The translations under genes and the position numbers were made by a program. From IMG/VR virus record IMGVR_UViG_3300030329_006583, positions 62,001-126,000 of that record: DNA of 64,000 bases; one strand, 5' to 3'. This document shows positions 20,758 through 31,053 of the stretch, one piece after another. The notes beneath the pieces were generated by a model, which was given only the letters and a program-made list of their open reading frames with translations, was not told the origin of the DNA and made no database searches. Numbering within the stretch: position 1 is the stretch's first letter; each line of letters starts with the position of its first letter.

Positions 20758-23700
20758 CTATGAACTATTGGGAACAATTGTTATAACCCATGTATTTTCT
20801 GTGTCAGATATTTCCACAAAATTTTCATACACCTTTTGAGGTGCAGCACCGGGACCAACATCCTCATAACCTACAACTTTATCTTTCACGCGTAACCTAG
20901 GTGGCACAAATATATCTGCCCAATCATATCTAAATTTTGCCCTCTCCAACATGTGTGATTCAATAGTAAATTGCACACCTAAAAAGTCTGTCTTTCGCGG
21001 TAGTAATCTTTCAATGATTATACCAATGGAATCATCAAACCACCGATAAAATTCAAAAAACTCTTTAATTTTAATTCGAGACGTCAATCTATTAAAATAA
21101 ATGTCTCTTAAATTCTCTAATGTAGGATATTCATCTGCAAACAAGTATTCCGTATTGCCTATAATGTTGTTCCATTCATCAAGAGTTGAAAACATGTTTA
21201 TTATATCTTCATTTAAAGCCTGAACAAATGAATTTTCTACAATAAAACGCGTGTCATCCTGTGGTTCTTCGCTTCTTAAGACATTGTATGTCGGTGTTGC
21301 AGAGGCATTATTCTCTATTTCATCTGCCCGATTAGAAAAACTTCTTATCCTCACTTTGTTTTCAGCGCTTCTTTCATCAAATTTTGGATCAATATATGAA
21401 TAATCAAACCTCTGTGAACGAAACGCCAACCTGTTGGGTTCAAAGCCGGTACCCGACATTGCGTACATTACTTTGGTACCATGGCCGTCCTCTGTAGAAG
21501 GACGCCAAGGAACGCCGCGGCACCCGCTAGCAAAATTCTGGCTATAATCAAATAAAACCACGTTGCCGCCGGCGGAGGCAGACTTTATTAATTGATCACC
21601 GCTAACATCCAATCTTAACCTTTCAAATGATCCGGTGGGAGTGGTGGTAAAGTTAAAGTTGACAAAAGGATTATTAACCCCTAGTGATTTAGGATTCCTG
21701 GTGCGCTCCTTAAATTCTGCATCTGTTAAAGCCTTGCTCCAGAATCGGATTTGAGAAACTTCACCGCTAAACCTAGTTTGGCGTGAAAGAGAGGGCACCA
21801 CGGGATCGTCTTGATTTAAATACAATCCCCTAGCATCTACATATAGGCTTTGGCTTCCGATGGTAATAAACGATCCCGAAGTATTACTATCATATTTTTT
21901 ACTTAATGCATCTCTTTCAGGATTTAATGATGCATATTTATCTGTCCATGGCAAAAACAATGTTGAGCTCATGTGATATTCGGTAATGCTTCCATAACTT
22001 TGCTTTGCAGCCTTAAGAAAATACGAAGAAGATATTACCGATCCAATTTCTTCACCGCACCTTCTCCCCCAACCGATTTTCCAGGTGTTACCATCAAAAA
22101 TATTTACACCTGTTAACACCATTTCCAGTGTAGGCATTTGTATAGAGCCAGGTGCAGCTGTGTCAATCCTGCCTGGGCGACCAAACAAAAACAAAGATGA
22201 TGTGGTCACATTTCCCACTTGACCCACGGTACCTGAAATTGCTATTAAATTAAACATAACACCGTGTTGACCACTTAAATTACTATTTGTGCCGGTTACA
22301 TTAAGCCTCATTAAACTCTGGGTTGCAAAATGAGTTGAGCTAGTAGGGATACTGGTAACGTCAAACCTATATAATGCTTCATATGTAAAAGAACCAGACG
22401 TAAACAATCCATCGTCAGGATTTCGAGAGATACCGTGTAAAAAAGTATTATGTGAAACATTTGGGCCACCAGATGGTGCATATTCATATGAACGCACCAT
22501 AGGCCCTTGAGGGGAAGGCATACCGACTTCAACCCTGGAAGCTGAAAGAAATGGGGAAATAATGAATGGCACATTAGGATGTACGCCCAGTGTATCTGTC
22601 GTAGCTGCAGTGGGGTTGGGTGCCAACGTTGCAGAATAATTAAGCATTCCTAAATGATCTGTTTTTAAACGCCGACTATCCTGTATTTTTGTTGATTTTG
22701 GACCACCGAATTCTCTAATTCTAAAATTATTATCCGGATTTAAACCAATAGATCTTATTAGCGCCTTGATTGAATGCACTGTGCCTTTACTGGTTATAAT
22801 TTCTTGAATATTGGTTAAAACTCTGCGCCATAATTCATTTTGCACATACCGTAATCCAAATTGACTATATGAAGGATCTGCCAATAAATTTTCACCATCC
22901 AAATATTGCTTCAATCCTGCATTAGAATAAAAACTCGGTAGCTGAAACCCATAATGATTTCCTAAAAATGTCAAAAACTGATCTGCGATTGTATTGTCTT
23001 TATCGTAATCCACACTCAACAAATCTGAAAAGTGATCTGTATACATTTTTAATTCATCAAAATATTTTCCCCACATTAACATCATTAATGACATTAATTG
23101 TGAAGATCCTAATTTTCCGCCCCCTGGAAAACTAATAGAACCTGTAGAATAAGGTTTGTCTAATTCACCCTTTATTGTAGAAAAACCTTCTGTAAATTGA
23201 GATTCCATCAAATAATGCGGTGGTATTAATTTTGTAATGAGGTTTGGATTATTTGCGTCATAAACACTGGCAGAAAGTAATAAATTTTTATTTAAATTCA
23301 TTACATTATCAACATAAGGAAAGAGTATCGGATTTAATTCAGCTCTTTCGTTTTTAATGGGCATTTTACCGGTTAAACCTATAACCTTTTCTACCTCACG
23401 TAAAGAACTAGTAAAATTAGTAATTGTTGAATGTAACGATTTTCCTGAACTATCTAAAACTAAATTATTGTTAGAATATGAACCACTAGGCTCATTAAAC
23501 TTAAAATATAATCTTAAATCTGGTGAAGAATAGACGTTTTTATAAAGAAATTCTTTTTGTTTAGTTTTTTCAATTACTGTATTATAAAGACGAAATTCAT
23601 CAATTGCACCTGACAATGTTTGTTTGGGTATAAAGTATTCTGGTTCCAGTGTAGTTGCATTTGTACCTGATATTACCAAACTTCCCGAACCTATAATAAA

Positions 23701-24600
23701 ATCACTGGCAATGAATTTAAAATCACCAAATGTGCCGGCGCTGCGAGATTTCGAGAACAATGTACCTGTTTTGTACATTTTAATGTCAGCCAATGTAGGC
23801 ATAGAAAAATTATCATAAACAACACTAACATAATTGAATCTACCTTTTTGTATTTGCATACTCGCAGATAAAACACCTGTAGAATCAGCAGAACTTCCGG
23901 AACTTATTACAAAAAATAGATCACATGTCTCAGTTGAACTAGAATCTGCAAGACCCAGCGTCAGGTGATTGCTGGCATCATAATATTTTTGTGCTATTAT
24001 TTGATTATCGTTTACTTGTGGTGGTACAAATACTGTCATTTCAAATGTAAGTGAATCATTTAAATTAGGACCAATAACAACATCACCCGTTTTGTCTTTG
24101 GATAATGCAGGATATAGGTTACCCGCCGAATCTTTAACACTTATATATGTTCCTAAATCTTTAGAAAATCCATTGGCCGGTGTTTCATCCACCATAGTGC
24201 CTGAAAAGTGTAAAAAGCCTCTATATTTTGGGAATCTATCGTAGATGTATTTTTCATAGCCTGTAAGTTCATCAAAAAATGCCTCAAATTCCTTTTTATT
24301 CCCATCAAATGGAAATTCATTAATTATTTTATCAAATGATACATTCACCTTTGATTCAGCTGAATTAAAAAATGTATGATTTTCAAAATTCACCCAATTA
24401 ATCGGAAGTTGTTGAGTTGATTTCATACCTTGTCGCCAGTGTGTAAGATATCTAAACGAACTGGTAGAATCCACATTAGTGTCTATAAAATTTTGCGATG
24501 AATCCAAAGCGGTTGGTGCAGATTCATAAAGTATTTTTTGTAACGTTGTTGGGGAAAATAACGACGTTTTTTTAAATAAGGAATCTTCGTTATTTGCCAT
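20758..24600 (-). CDS. Baseplate wedge-type protein (gp7/P2 gpI-like core) with LamG/concanavalin-like domains (1280 aa)
   Basis: LamG-type ends (LSGAIDEFRLYN; FSGEVSQIRFWSKALT) and a wedge-type segment ELWRRVLTNIQEIITSKGTVHSIKALIRSIGL..IREFGG. It follows the baseplate J-like gene. Confidence 0.65.
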   Translation of the reverse strand: MANNEDSLFKKTSLFSPTTLQKILYESAPTALDSSQNFIDTNVDSTSSFRYLTHWRQGMKSTQQLPINWVNFENHTFFNSAESKVNVSFDKIINEFPFDGNKKEFEAFFDELTGYEKYIYDRFPKYRGFLHFSGTMVDETPANGFSKDLGTYISVKDSAGNLYPALSKDKTGDVVIGPNLNDSLTFEMTVFVPPQVNDNQIIAQKYYDASNHLTLGLADSSSTETCDLFFVISSGSSADSTGVLSASMQIQKGRFNYVSVVYDNFSMPTLADIKMYKTGTLFSKSRSAGTFGDFKFIASDFIIGSGSLVISGTNATTLEPEYFIPKQTLSGAIDEFRLYNTVIEKTKQKEFLYKNVYSSPDLRLYFKFNEPSGSYSNNNLVLDSSGKSLHSTITNFTSSLREVEKVIGLTGKMPIKNERAELNPILFPYVDNVMNLNKNLLLSASVYDANNPNLITKLIPPHYLMESQFTEGFSTIKGELDKPYSTGSISFPGGGKLGSSQLMSLMMLMWGKYFDELKMYTDHFSDLLSVDYDKDNTIADQFLTFLGNHYGFQLPSFYSNAGLKQYLDGENLLADPSYSQFGLRYVQNELWRRVLTNIQEIITSKGTVHSIKALIRSIGLNPDNNFRIREFGGPKSTKIQDSRRLKTDHLGMLNYSATLAPNPTAATTDTLGVHPNVPFIISPFLSASRVEVGMPSPQGPMVRSYEYAPSGGPNVSHNTFLHGISRNPDDGLFTSGSFTYEALYRFDVTSIPTSSTHFATQSLMRLNVTGTNSNLSGQHGVMFNLIAISGTVGQVGNVTTSSLFLFGRPGRIDTAAPGSIQMPTLEMVLTGVNIFDGNTWKIGWGRRCGEEIGSVISSSYFLKAAKQSYGSITEYHMSSTLFLPWTDKYASLNPERDALSKKYDSNTSGSFITIGSQSLYVDARGLYLNQDDPVVPSLSRQTRFSGEVSQIRFWSKALTDAEFKERTRNPKSLGVNNPFVNFNFTTTPTGSFERLRLDVSGDQLIKSASAGGNVVLFDYSQNFASGCRGVPWRPSTEDGHGTKVMYAMSGTGFEPNRLAFRSQRFDYSYIDPKFDERSAENKVRIRSFSNRADEIENNASATPTYNVLRSEEPQDDTRFIVENSFVQALNEDIINMFSTLDEWNNIIGNTEYLFADEYPTLENLRDIYFNRLTSRIKIKEFFEFYRWFDDSIGIIIERLLPRKTDFLGVQFTIESHMLERAKFRYDWADIFVPPRLRVKDKVVGYEDVGPGAAPQKVYENFVEISDTENTWVITIVPNSS

Positions 24601-24602
24601 AA

Positions 24603-26189
24603 TTAATTAACCTTGAAACTAGTGTTAAGCGCCTGACTTATAACATTTCCCCCGGCTTCTTTATGAAGAAATTCAATTGTATAAATTCCACCTTTAGGTA
24701 AATCCATTGTCATTTCAAAATACATGCCTTCCGAATCAGATGATAATTTAGTCCCATTATTTTCTGTTTCAAATGGGATATATATTTCGCCGCTATTCAT
24801 ATCCTTTACACGATAATAAACATCACTCATAAAAATACTTTCAAGACTATAAGGTAGCCTTTTTGCTTTATAGACTGCATTAAAATCCCTCACAAAGACC
24901 CTGAACAAGGCTTTTTCATGTTGTTTATATTCGTTTTTTGAATTAGTTATAATAAAATTTAAATCCATGGGATTAACATTAAATGCCACCCTGTTAATTC
25001 TATCAATTTTAAGGCTACCGGTATAATAACCAACAGTTCCATCTGCAGAGCTCCAATATTCATCAAATGTAATTGAACCACTACGGGTAATCATTTCTGC
25101 CAGCGTGGTACCCCATGATACAAAATTGGAATCATCAGATGGAATGGCAAATGAAGCAGAATAAACCCCTGTCACATAATTAATAAAATCTGCGCCGCCT
25201 GCATGGGCTACGCGGGTGCCGGCTTGGTGTTGTGAAGCATTTGCGGTAAAACTAAACGATCCGGTTCGTAATGTCAACAACATACAATTAGCACCAGTCA
25301 CCTCAGTAAGGGCTGAACCTGAAACAATATTTGCCGGTAGGCCACGATGGAAATTCTTTAAAAATAAAGAACCACTTAGATCAAAATAAAATGATTTGTG
25401 ATGATCTATGACTGTATCATCCCATATCACATCCAACCTTGGCCTTAATTTTGCATTCCTAACATGGCGTGAGGCAAATCTTTTAACAAAACGTGTTTTG
25501 GTATCTTCTTCTTGGGAACCTGTGAATGAAAGCCGAAATCCGTGATCAGGTAAAATGCCTGCCAATGTTGCTGAGACAATTTTTGTCACGTCCATTGTAA
25601 GATTTTCAGTGCCTAATTCAAAATTCTGCGAAACCCCCAAGGCCTGCATCCCTTGTCCATCATTTAGGTTTCCAGAAATTATTATATCAATATTGGCCGG
25701 ATACCCATCGGCCGCTGTGGAATCAATATTCCCTTGTGCATTAGCCCCTGATAGGTGCCATTTGTTTAACGTACTGCCAATAAAAGAAGAAGTCAAGAAA
25801 TTAGCAGCGCCGAGATCATTATATGATGCCACATTCCTACCAATTCCTTCCTCAAAACTTTGAGAAAGTGGAAATAGCATTACATTAAAATTGGTTGGAG
25901 TAAGTTGTCCACCCATTATATCATATAGGTTTAAATTACATTTAAATTTAGAACTATTGATATTGAGCGTCTGATTCATGTGTTCCCTAATTCTAGAATA
26001 ATCAAACTTAATCAATAATCGGGTTAGCTCATTAGGTTTGTCAGTACCAGTAATCACAGATTCATTATATAAACGATATAAATCAAGTGTTGATGCATAT
26101 CCTACATTGGCATTAGATGCACTAAAATTATTATCAATGATTTTATTGGTTATGTAAGTATCCTTGCTGGCGCTTAATATAAGATACAT
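24603..26189 (-). CDS. Baseplate-associated structural protein with DNRLRE-like N-terminal domain (528 aa)
   Basis: ASKDTYI...TRLLIKFD...DVTKIV...HGFRL...FASR...RPRLDVIW pattern. Confidence 0.55.
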   Translation of the reverse strand: MYLILSASKDTYITNKIIDNNFSASNANVGYASTLDLYRLYNESVITGTDKPNELTRLLIKFDYSRIREHMNQTLNINSSKFKCNLNLYDIMGGQLTPTNFNVMLFPLSQSFEEGIGRNVASYNDLGAANFLTSSFIGSTLNKWHLSGANAQGNIDSTAADGYPANIDIIISGNLNDGQGMQALGVSQNFELGTENLTMDVTKIVSATLAGILPDHGFRLSFTGSQEEDTKTRFVKRFASRHVRNAKLRPRLDVIWDDTVIDHHKSFYFDLSGSLFLKNFHRGLPANIVSGSALTEVTGANCMLLTLRTGSFSFTANASQHQAGTRVAHAGGADFINYVTGVYSASFAIPSDDSNFVSWGTTLAEMITRSGSITFDEYWSSADGTVGYYTGSLKIDRINRVAFNVNPMDLNFIITNSKNEYKQHEKALFRVFVRDFNAVYKAKRLPYSLESIFMSDVYYRVKDMNSGEIYIPFETENNGTKLSSDSEGMYFEMTMDLPKGGIYTIEFLHKEAGGNVISQALNTSFKVN

Positions 26190-26202
26190 TTAAATTTTCC
26201 CC

Positions 26203-28053
26203 TTAAGCCGATGTTCCCAAAATATCAAAATCAGGAAATTTTAATTGAAAAATGCTTCCCGCCGGAGGGACTATCATTCCTCTCACCTCCAAATTTCTGG
26301 GGGTGAATGTCACATTATCATAATTTCGCCCATCTATTATACCATAACGTGCCGTTATGCGTGGTAATTCAACCATTGATATTACACCCTGGGTATTAAC
26401 AATTATATTCACAATATCAGATAAAACTATGGGTTGATTAATTTGAAAATTATCAACTGTAAGAATTCCCTTTAATCTTTTTGCAACTTGTTGGATCACC
26501 AATTGTTTGTTGGCGCTTGGATTTGACACAATTGAAAATGAAACTGCAAAATTTAAAACCCTTGCGTCTAAAATATCCATTGCATCTGACACTAGTCTAA
26601 ATTCATTCAAATACGTACTTAAATTCTTTTTTAAGGCATCTGTAGCCGGTACCAAATGATGTTGTTGGTTTTTACAAATAACATGCAAATTTGCTGCCAA
26701 CATATTATTTGGGTTAGATGAAATTGCCGCACGATAAACCCTGCCAAATGTGGTAGGCAACGTGTAAATCCTGGCCAGCGTATCAGCCTTGCTAACCATA
26801 CGAGATTGCATTTGTCTTGCCTGCGGTATTTGTGCCCTTAGTTCTTCCAACGTGGGGGCGGGTAAACCGCCGACTGCATTTGTTTCATTGTTGGCACTAA
26901 CAGAATTTTTAACTTGCTCACCGATAACGGGATCTACAATATTTTTAAAAGTAAACCCAAGTTGAACAATTGTGTTAATTGCGCCGGGATCTGCATTATG
27001 ACTTAAACCACCACCATGCCGGTACTTGATTCTAAGCGTTGTGTTTTTAGGAGAAAATCCCAATGTTTGGCTCTTAAGTAGCGAATTGGGATCAATAACA
27101 AATCTTGAAAAGGTTTTTTTACCAAATAATGGAAGCGCTAACTCACTGGGATCTGGAATAATATCATCATCCAATGTATCTGCATCTCCTCCCCCAAACA
27201 CCAATTTTGTGGTCCTATCAAGCGGGTCTGTAAGCACCATAAACCTTCTGGGGGCAGGAATTATTTCCATTTGTTGCTTTACAATCTCACCATCTTTACC
27301 AATTGTAGGAGAGCCGCCATACACCACATCCTGACTCAGTGAATTCACCTCATAATACTGGTTTAAATTTGAATCCACAACTGAAATAACTTCTGTAATA
27401 TTAGGGTGAGGTAAAGGTATTCTCCTAAATGGAACATGTGAATTTGGTATATTAATAGTGTAAATAGATTCATTACCAGAAACACATGTTCCAACCAAAC
27501 TCAACGTATATGACATAGGCAATCCATTACTGTCTACTGTCAAAACCTGACTTGTGGCCTTAACATCCCCGAAAGGATCTTTTTTTCGAAAATCCAATTC
27601 ATCCACCAGATTAAAAATAATACCATTATTGGCGCTAATACGTGTACCTATTTCAATAACAGGCAAAGCATCCTCCATGGGACGCTTTTGACCATCCGGA
27701 GCTGTTTCTGCGGGCACAATTATACTAAATGTAACGTCCGCACTTGCGGGTGAGGCACCCGCGATAGGAACCCCGGCTGAACGCAGGTGCCTTACTACAT
27801 TGCTGGGTTCAACGGCCGTTAATGCGTTTAATTCATTGAATTGGTGATCCAAATAGAAAGACAATGAATCACCCACAAAAGCGGCCATATCCAAAAAGAG
27901 CCCGCCTACACTTCCTTCTGAGAAATCCTTGATTTTATCTGGGAAGTATGTTTTTGCATAACTCAATAATTCCGCCCTAAAACCATCGAAGTCCTTTGAG
28001 AGATAATTTCTCTCTTTTTCTTTTTTAACCTTTTTCTGAATATCTTGAGCCAT
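26203..28053 (-). CDS. Baseplate wedge subunit, gp6 / baseplate J-like
   Basis: N-terminus YLSKDFDGFRAELLSYAKTYFPDKIKDFSEGSVGGLFLDMAAFVGDSLSFYLDHQFNE; also AVGG..APTLEELR..Q.RMVSKAD and FQINQPI. Adjacent to the gp25-like gene. Confidence 0.88.
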   Translation of the reverse strand: MAQDIQKKVKKEKERNYLSKDFDGFRAELLSYAKTYFPDKIKDFSEGSVGGLFLDMAAFVGDSLSFYLDHQFNELNALTAVEPSNVVRHLRSAGVPIAGASPASADVTFSIIVPAETAPDGQKRPMEDALPVIEIGTRISANNGIIFNLVDELDFRKKDPFGDVKATSQVLTVDSNGLPMSYTLSLVGTCVSGNESIYTINIPNSHVPFRRIPLPHPNITEVISVVDSNLNQYYEVNSLSQDVVYGGSPTIGKDGEIVKQQMEIIPAPRRFMVLTDPLDRTTKLVFGGGDADTLDDDIIPDPSELALPLFGKKTFSRFVIDPNSLLKSQTLGFSPKNTTLRIKYRHGGGLSHNADPGAINTIVQLGFTFKNIVDPVIGEQVKNSVSANNETNAVGGLPAPTLEELRAQIPQARQMQSRMVSKADTLARIYTLPTTFGRVYRAAISSNPNNMLAANLHVICKNQQHHLVPATDALKKNLSTYLNEFRLVSDAMDILDARVLNFAVSFSIVSNPSANKQLVIQQVAKRLKGILTVDNFQINQPIVLSDIVNIIVNTQGVISMVELPRITARYGIIDGRNYDNVTFTPRNLEVRGMIVPPAGSIFQLKFPDFDILGTSA

Positions 28054-28056
28054 CTC

Positions 28057-28542
28057 TTATCCCGCAATAAAAAGCACTATTTCAATTGCTCTATTAAATG
28101 AATTCAATAATGGTAAATCATATGTTACCAATATAGAAATTTTTGCAACGTGTTCATTGTCATCGTATAAAGTTTTAGGAACAAAATCTATCAAATTAAC
28201 ATAAGGCATAAAATCACTACATGCCTGTGTGATTCTTGACATTGCCTCAACGTCTGCATTTTCTGTACCTAACTCAAATGTAAGTTCCCTTAAATTTGCA
28301 CCATAATTATACATACATACTCTTTCGCCTTTATTCGTCAGCAAAAGATTCCTAAAATTATCAGCTACTTGATTTGCCAAATCTTTATTCATGGCAAACA
28401 AACCTTCGTAATCATAACCAAATTGCAGAGGTGTTTTTATCCCAACAGGTATCTCAACACCTTGGGTATTCTTAAGTTGTTGTTTTTGCCCTACTGACAA
28501 CCCAACACTTTTAAAATTATATTTTTTAAAGTTCTCTGCCAT
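28057..28542 (-). CDS. Baseplate wedge subunit gp25/GPW-like (sheath initiator)
   Basis: NFRNLLLTNKGERVCMYNYGANL and FMPYVNL, typical of the GPW/gp25 family. Confidence 0.9.
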   Translation of the reverse strand: MAENFKKYNFKSVGLSVGQKQQLKNTQGVEIPVGIKTPLQFGYDYEGLFAMNKDLANQVADNFRNLLLTNKGERVCMYNYGANLRELTFELGTENADVEAMSRITQACSDFMPYVNLIDFVPKTLYDDNEHVAKISILVTYDLPLLNSFNRAIEIVLFIAG

Positions 28543-28651
28543 TATTGTCCTTTAAATAGACTACATTTTAAATATGACGTAAAAAAAAACATCATACATA
28601 ATTAGCCAAAGAAATAATAAACAAAATTATTGTTAAAGGAAAATAAAGGTG

Positions 28652-28939
28652 TTATTCTTTTTTTTGACGAATGGCCTTGGGTATCACATCCCACCTTCCG
28701 TCAGGGCATCGCTTACCATAGGCAAATATCATCGCAGGAAATGCACAACCACATTTACTACAACTGCGCCACTTTCTATTTTTGTTAAAAAAAGTTTTTT
28801 CCTTCATGTATGGACATGTCATACACGCTTGAAAACGCTCATCTAGATAATTTTGTAAGGCAGGGGTAGGTTTCCTTGTTTGAAGCATACCGGACATCAG
28901 GTAATTAAGCCAACCATCTTTAATGTCACCTAAGCTCAT
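28652..28939 (-). CDS. Small Cys-rich putative metal-binding protein
   Basis: RFQACMTCP...CSKCGC...CPDGRW pattern. Confidence 0.7.
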   Translation of the reverse strand: MSLGDIKDGWLNYLMSGMLQTRKPTPALQNYLDERFQACMTCPYMKEKTFFNKNRKWRSCSKCGCAFPAMIFAYGKRCPDGRWDVIPKAIRQKKE

Positions 28940-29499
28940 TACGGTTCCTCTGTCCCCCCTTCTCCCTCTTCTTCCTTCTTTTCGTCTATTTCTTCTTGTG
29001 TAAAAGGTTGTGGGGGTAATACACTGAGGATGAGATCAATTAAACAGGAACTTAAATTAATTGCAGCATCGAATGTAAGTCCCCAACCCACCAATATCTC
29101 CGGTAATGCAATTGTAATATCAAAATCAGGATCCAATGATAATTCCATCAATTCCAAAGGTAAAGTAAATAGCTTCAACACAAAATCTATCCCAAAATCA
29201 AAATTGGGAATGGGCAACCCCGGAAGTTCAACATCAATCCCGGGGGGGAATTCAAAAGCAATGCTGGGTAATTGAAAATCAATGTCAATGAATAAATCAA
29301 GGGGAAAAGCCGGTGGAATCTTAGCCTGAAGCTTAAGAAGAAAATCAAGTTCTAATGCAAATTCCGGGATGGGTATTGATAATCCCGCCCGAAAAGGATC
29401 CAAGTATAGATCAATGCTAGCTGTAAACATATCCAACATTAATTCTAATTGCGGATTGTATTTGCAATCAAAATTTTCTGATGGTGTTACTTCTGCCAT
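28939..29499 (-). CDS. Acidic Pro/Ile/Leu-rich hypothetical protein (186 aa)
   Basis: Translationally coupled ORF between the spike-like and Cys-rich genes. Confidence 0.65.
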   Translation of the reverse strand: MAEVTPSENFDCKYNPQLELMLDMFTASIDLYLDPFRAGLSIPIPEFALELDFLLKLQAKIPPAFPLDLFIDIDFQLPSIAFEFPPGIDVELPGLPIPNFDFGIDFVLKLFTLPLELMELSLDPDFDITIALPEILVGWGLTFDAAINLSSCLIDLILSVLPPQPFTQEEIDEKKEEEGEGGTEEP

Positions 29500-29508
29500 T
29501 TCACAATC

Positions 29509-31047
29509 CTACTTGGTGTATGTGGTGGTGCTCAATGCTGCCTTAAGTGCGTCTACAAGGGTGGTGTTGATGGATTCAATGGTACCAACCACCGGTGCAC
29601 CCAAATTACCGAATGTATTGGTATACAAGGCATTGTGAAGCTCACCAACATATACCTCAAATGCATCAACAACAGCTTGTCCATGGAGCACGGGTTGTGA
29701 CTCAACCCCTGCACTATTCTCGCCTAGATAAATCTTTCCAGCGTCCATTGCTATTTTACCATTGGAAAGCATGTTAATCTCACACTTATTCTCACCTTCT
29801 TTAACCAAACGTATGCTGCCACCTTCCCTTGCGATGATGCGCGCTTCGTCAGATTTTAATATTACATAAGGGGCGTCGTCCACTGTGGTGGCATCTGCGT
29901 TAACGTATGTCAACCCAAAATTAGTATCACCACTAGTTTTCATTGAAACATAGATTCTAGATAAATCTGATGTAAAATCCGGATCTCCTTCAGCTGGGTT
30001 AATCAAACGATTGCTAATTGGATCTTCCTGTGCATTAGGAACATTTCCAAAGTTAACCGGATTTTTGTTAGTTTCCTTAAATTCCCACGCATTATTTGTT
30101 TCAAGTTGTTTTGTGCCGTCGACTTGCCCTCGACCAACGACCAAATCAATGGTACCTCTATTATATGGTTCGCGGGGTTGGAAAGGATTTTCATCCAGGT
30201 TGCGCCCATAACCGGTGTCATCCGGTAAATCTGCCACCGGAGATATATCTTCTACCCAGTTTCCTGCTGGTGTTTCACCCTTTGTATCTTTAAAAGCGTT
30301 GCTAATATTCCCAGTACCTGCATCATTTGCCTTGTCTGTTTTAGGTGAAAAATCCTTTGTATATCCCCTGTCCATTCCCAGGCAAATCATTGCATTATTA
30401 GAACCCTGTAATACCAAATCGCCAGGCCTTTTAGTAAAACGAGGCACAGATTCAAATGCAATTGCCTTGTTACCGAGTGAACCGGTGTAAATTTCTTGAT
30501 ATGCATGCAATGGAGTTAAGGTCCAGTTGCTTTTGGAATCGGCCCCATTAGGAAAGCCGGGAACTGAAGGTGTATCTTCCATTACATCAGAAGAATCAAG
30601 TAGAGCCCGATCAAAATGCGTAAAATTAATGTCATCCACATAATTTGGGCCTGTAATTCTACACATCCAATACATAAGATCGGATTCTTCACCAGGAAAA
30701 GGATCTATTAACCATACCATTTCACCCGGATTTAATGGCATGCATAAATGAGGTGGAAAAAATGGGTAACACAAAAATAACGATGATTCACTAATGCCCT
30801 TGCCTGCAGAAACTAATTGCACAACAATTGAATTTCTGGGGGCTGAATTTATAAATTCCTGATTTTTACATCTATTATGTAAATTTTCAAGATATTCGGC
30901 CGGCAAAGAAGACAAATCATTGAAAACCTCAATAACTACACCGGCCACAAGGGTAGGGTTTATTTTAGCATTGCTACCTAAGTCAAGCAAACCAGGATCT
31001 TGATCATCAGCACTGCCTCCTCGTAACACATAATCAGCAAAATTCAT
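29509..31047 (-). CDS. Baseplate hub / central spike gp5-like protein
   Basis: OB-fold-like N-terminus (CYPFFPPHLCMPLNPGEMVW...MYWM), RPGDLVLQGSNNAMI, and a beta-rich C-terminus. Located upstream of gp25/gp6. Confidence 0.6.
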   Translation of the reverse strand: MNFADYVLRGGSADDQDPGLLDLGSNAKINPTLVAGVVIEVFNDLSSLPAEYLENLHNRCKNQEFINSAPRNSIVVQLVSAGKGISESSLFLCYPFFPPHLCMPLNPGEMVWLIDPFPGEESDLMYWMCRITGPNYVDDINFTHFDRALLDSSDVMEDTPSVPGFPNGADSKSNWTLTPLHAYQEIYTGSLGNKAIAFESVPRFTKRPGDLVLQGSNNAMICLGMDRGYTKDFSPKTDKANDAGTGNISNAFKDTKGETPAGNWVEDISPVADLPDDTGYGRNLDENPFQPREPYNRGTIDLVVGRGQVDGTKQLETNNAWEFKETNKNPVNFGNVPNAQEDPISNRLINPAEGDPDFTSDLSRIYVSMKTSGDTNFGLTYVNADATTVDDAPYVILKSDEARIIAREGGSIRLVKEGENKCEINMLSNGKIAMDAGKIYLGENSAGVESQPVLHGQAVVDAFEVYVGELHNALYTNTFGNLGAPVVGTIESINTTLVDALKAALSTTTYTK

Positions 31048-31053
31048 AACAAA

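Noticed and set aside
20758-31047. T6SS or extracellular contractile injection system instead of a phage tail
   Set aside because: No Tss membrane complex, ClpV or Afp15-like ATPase is present. The context (gp55-like sigma, solo Cas4-like nuclease, PhoH, tmRNA) fits a large phage. Capsid and terminase genes are not in the window, so the phage call rests on context.
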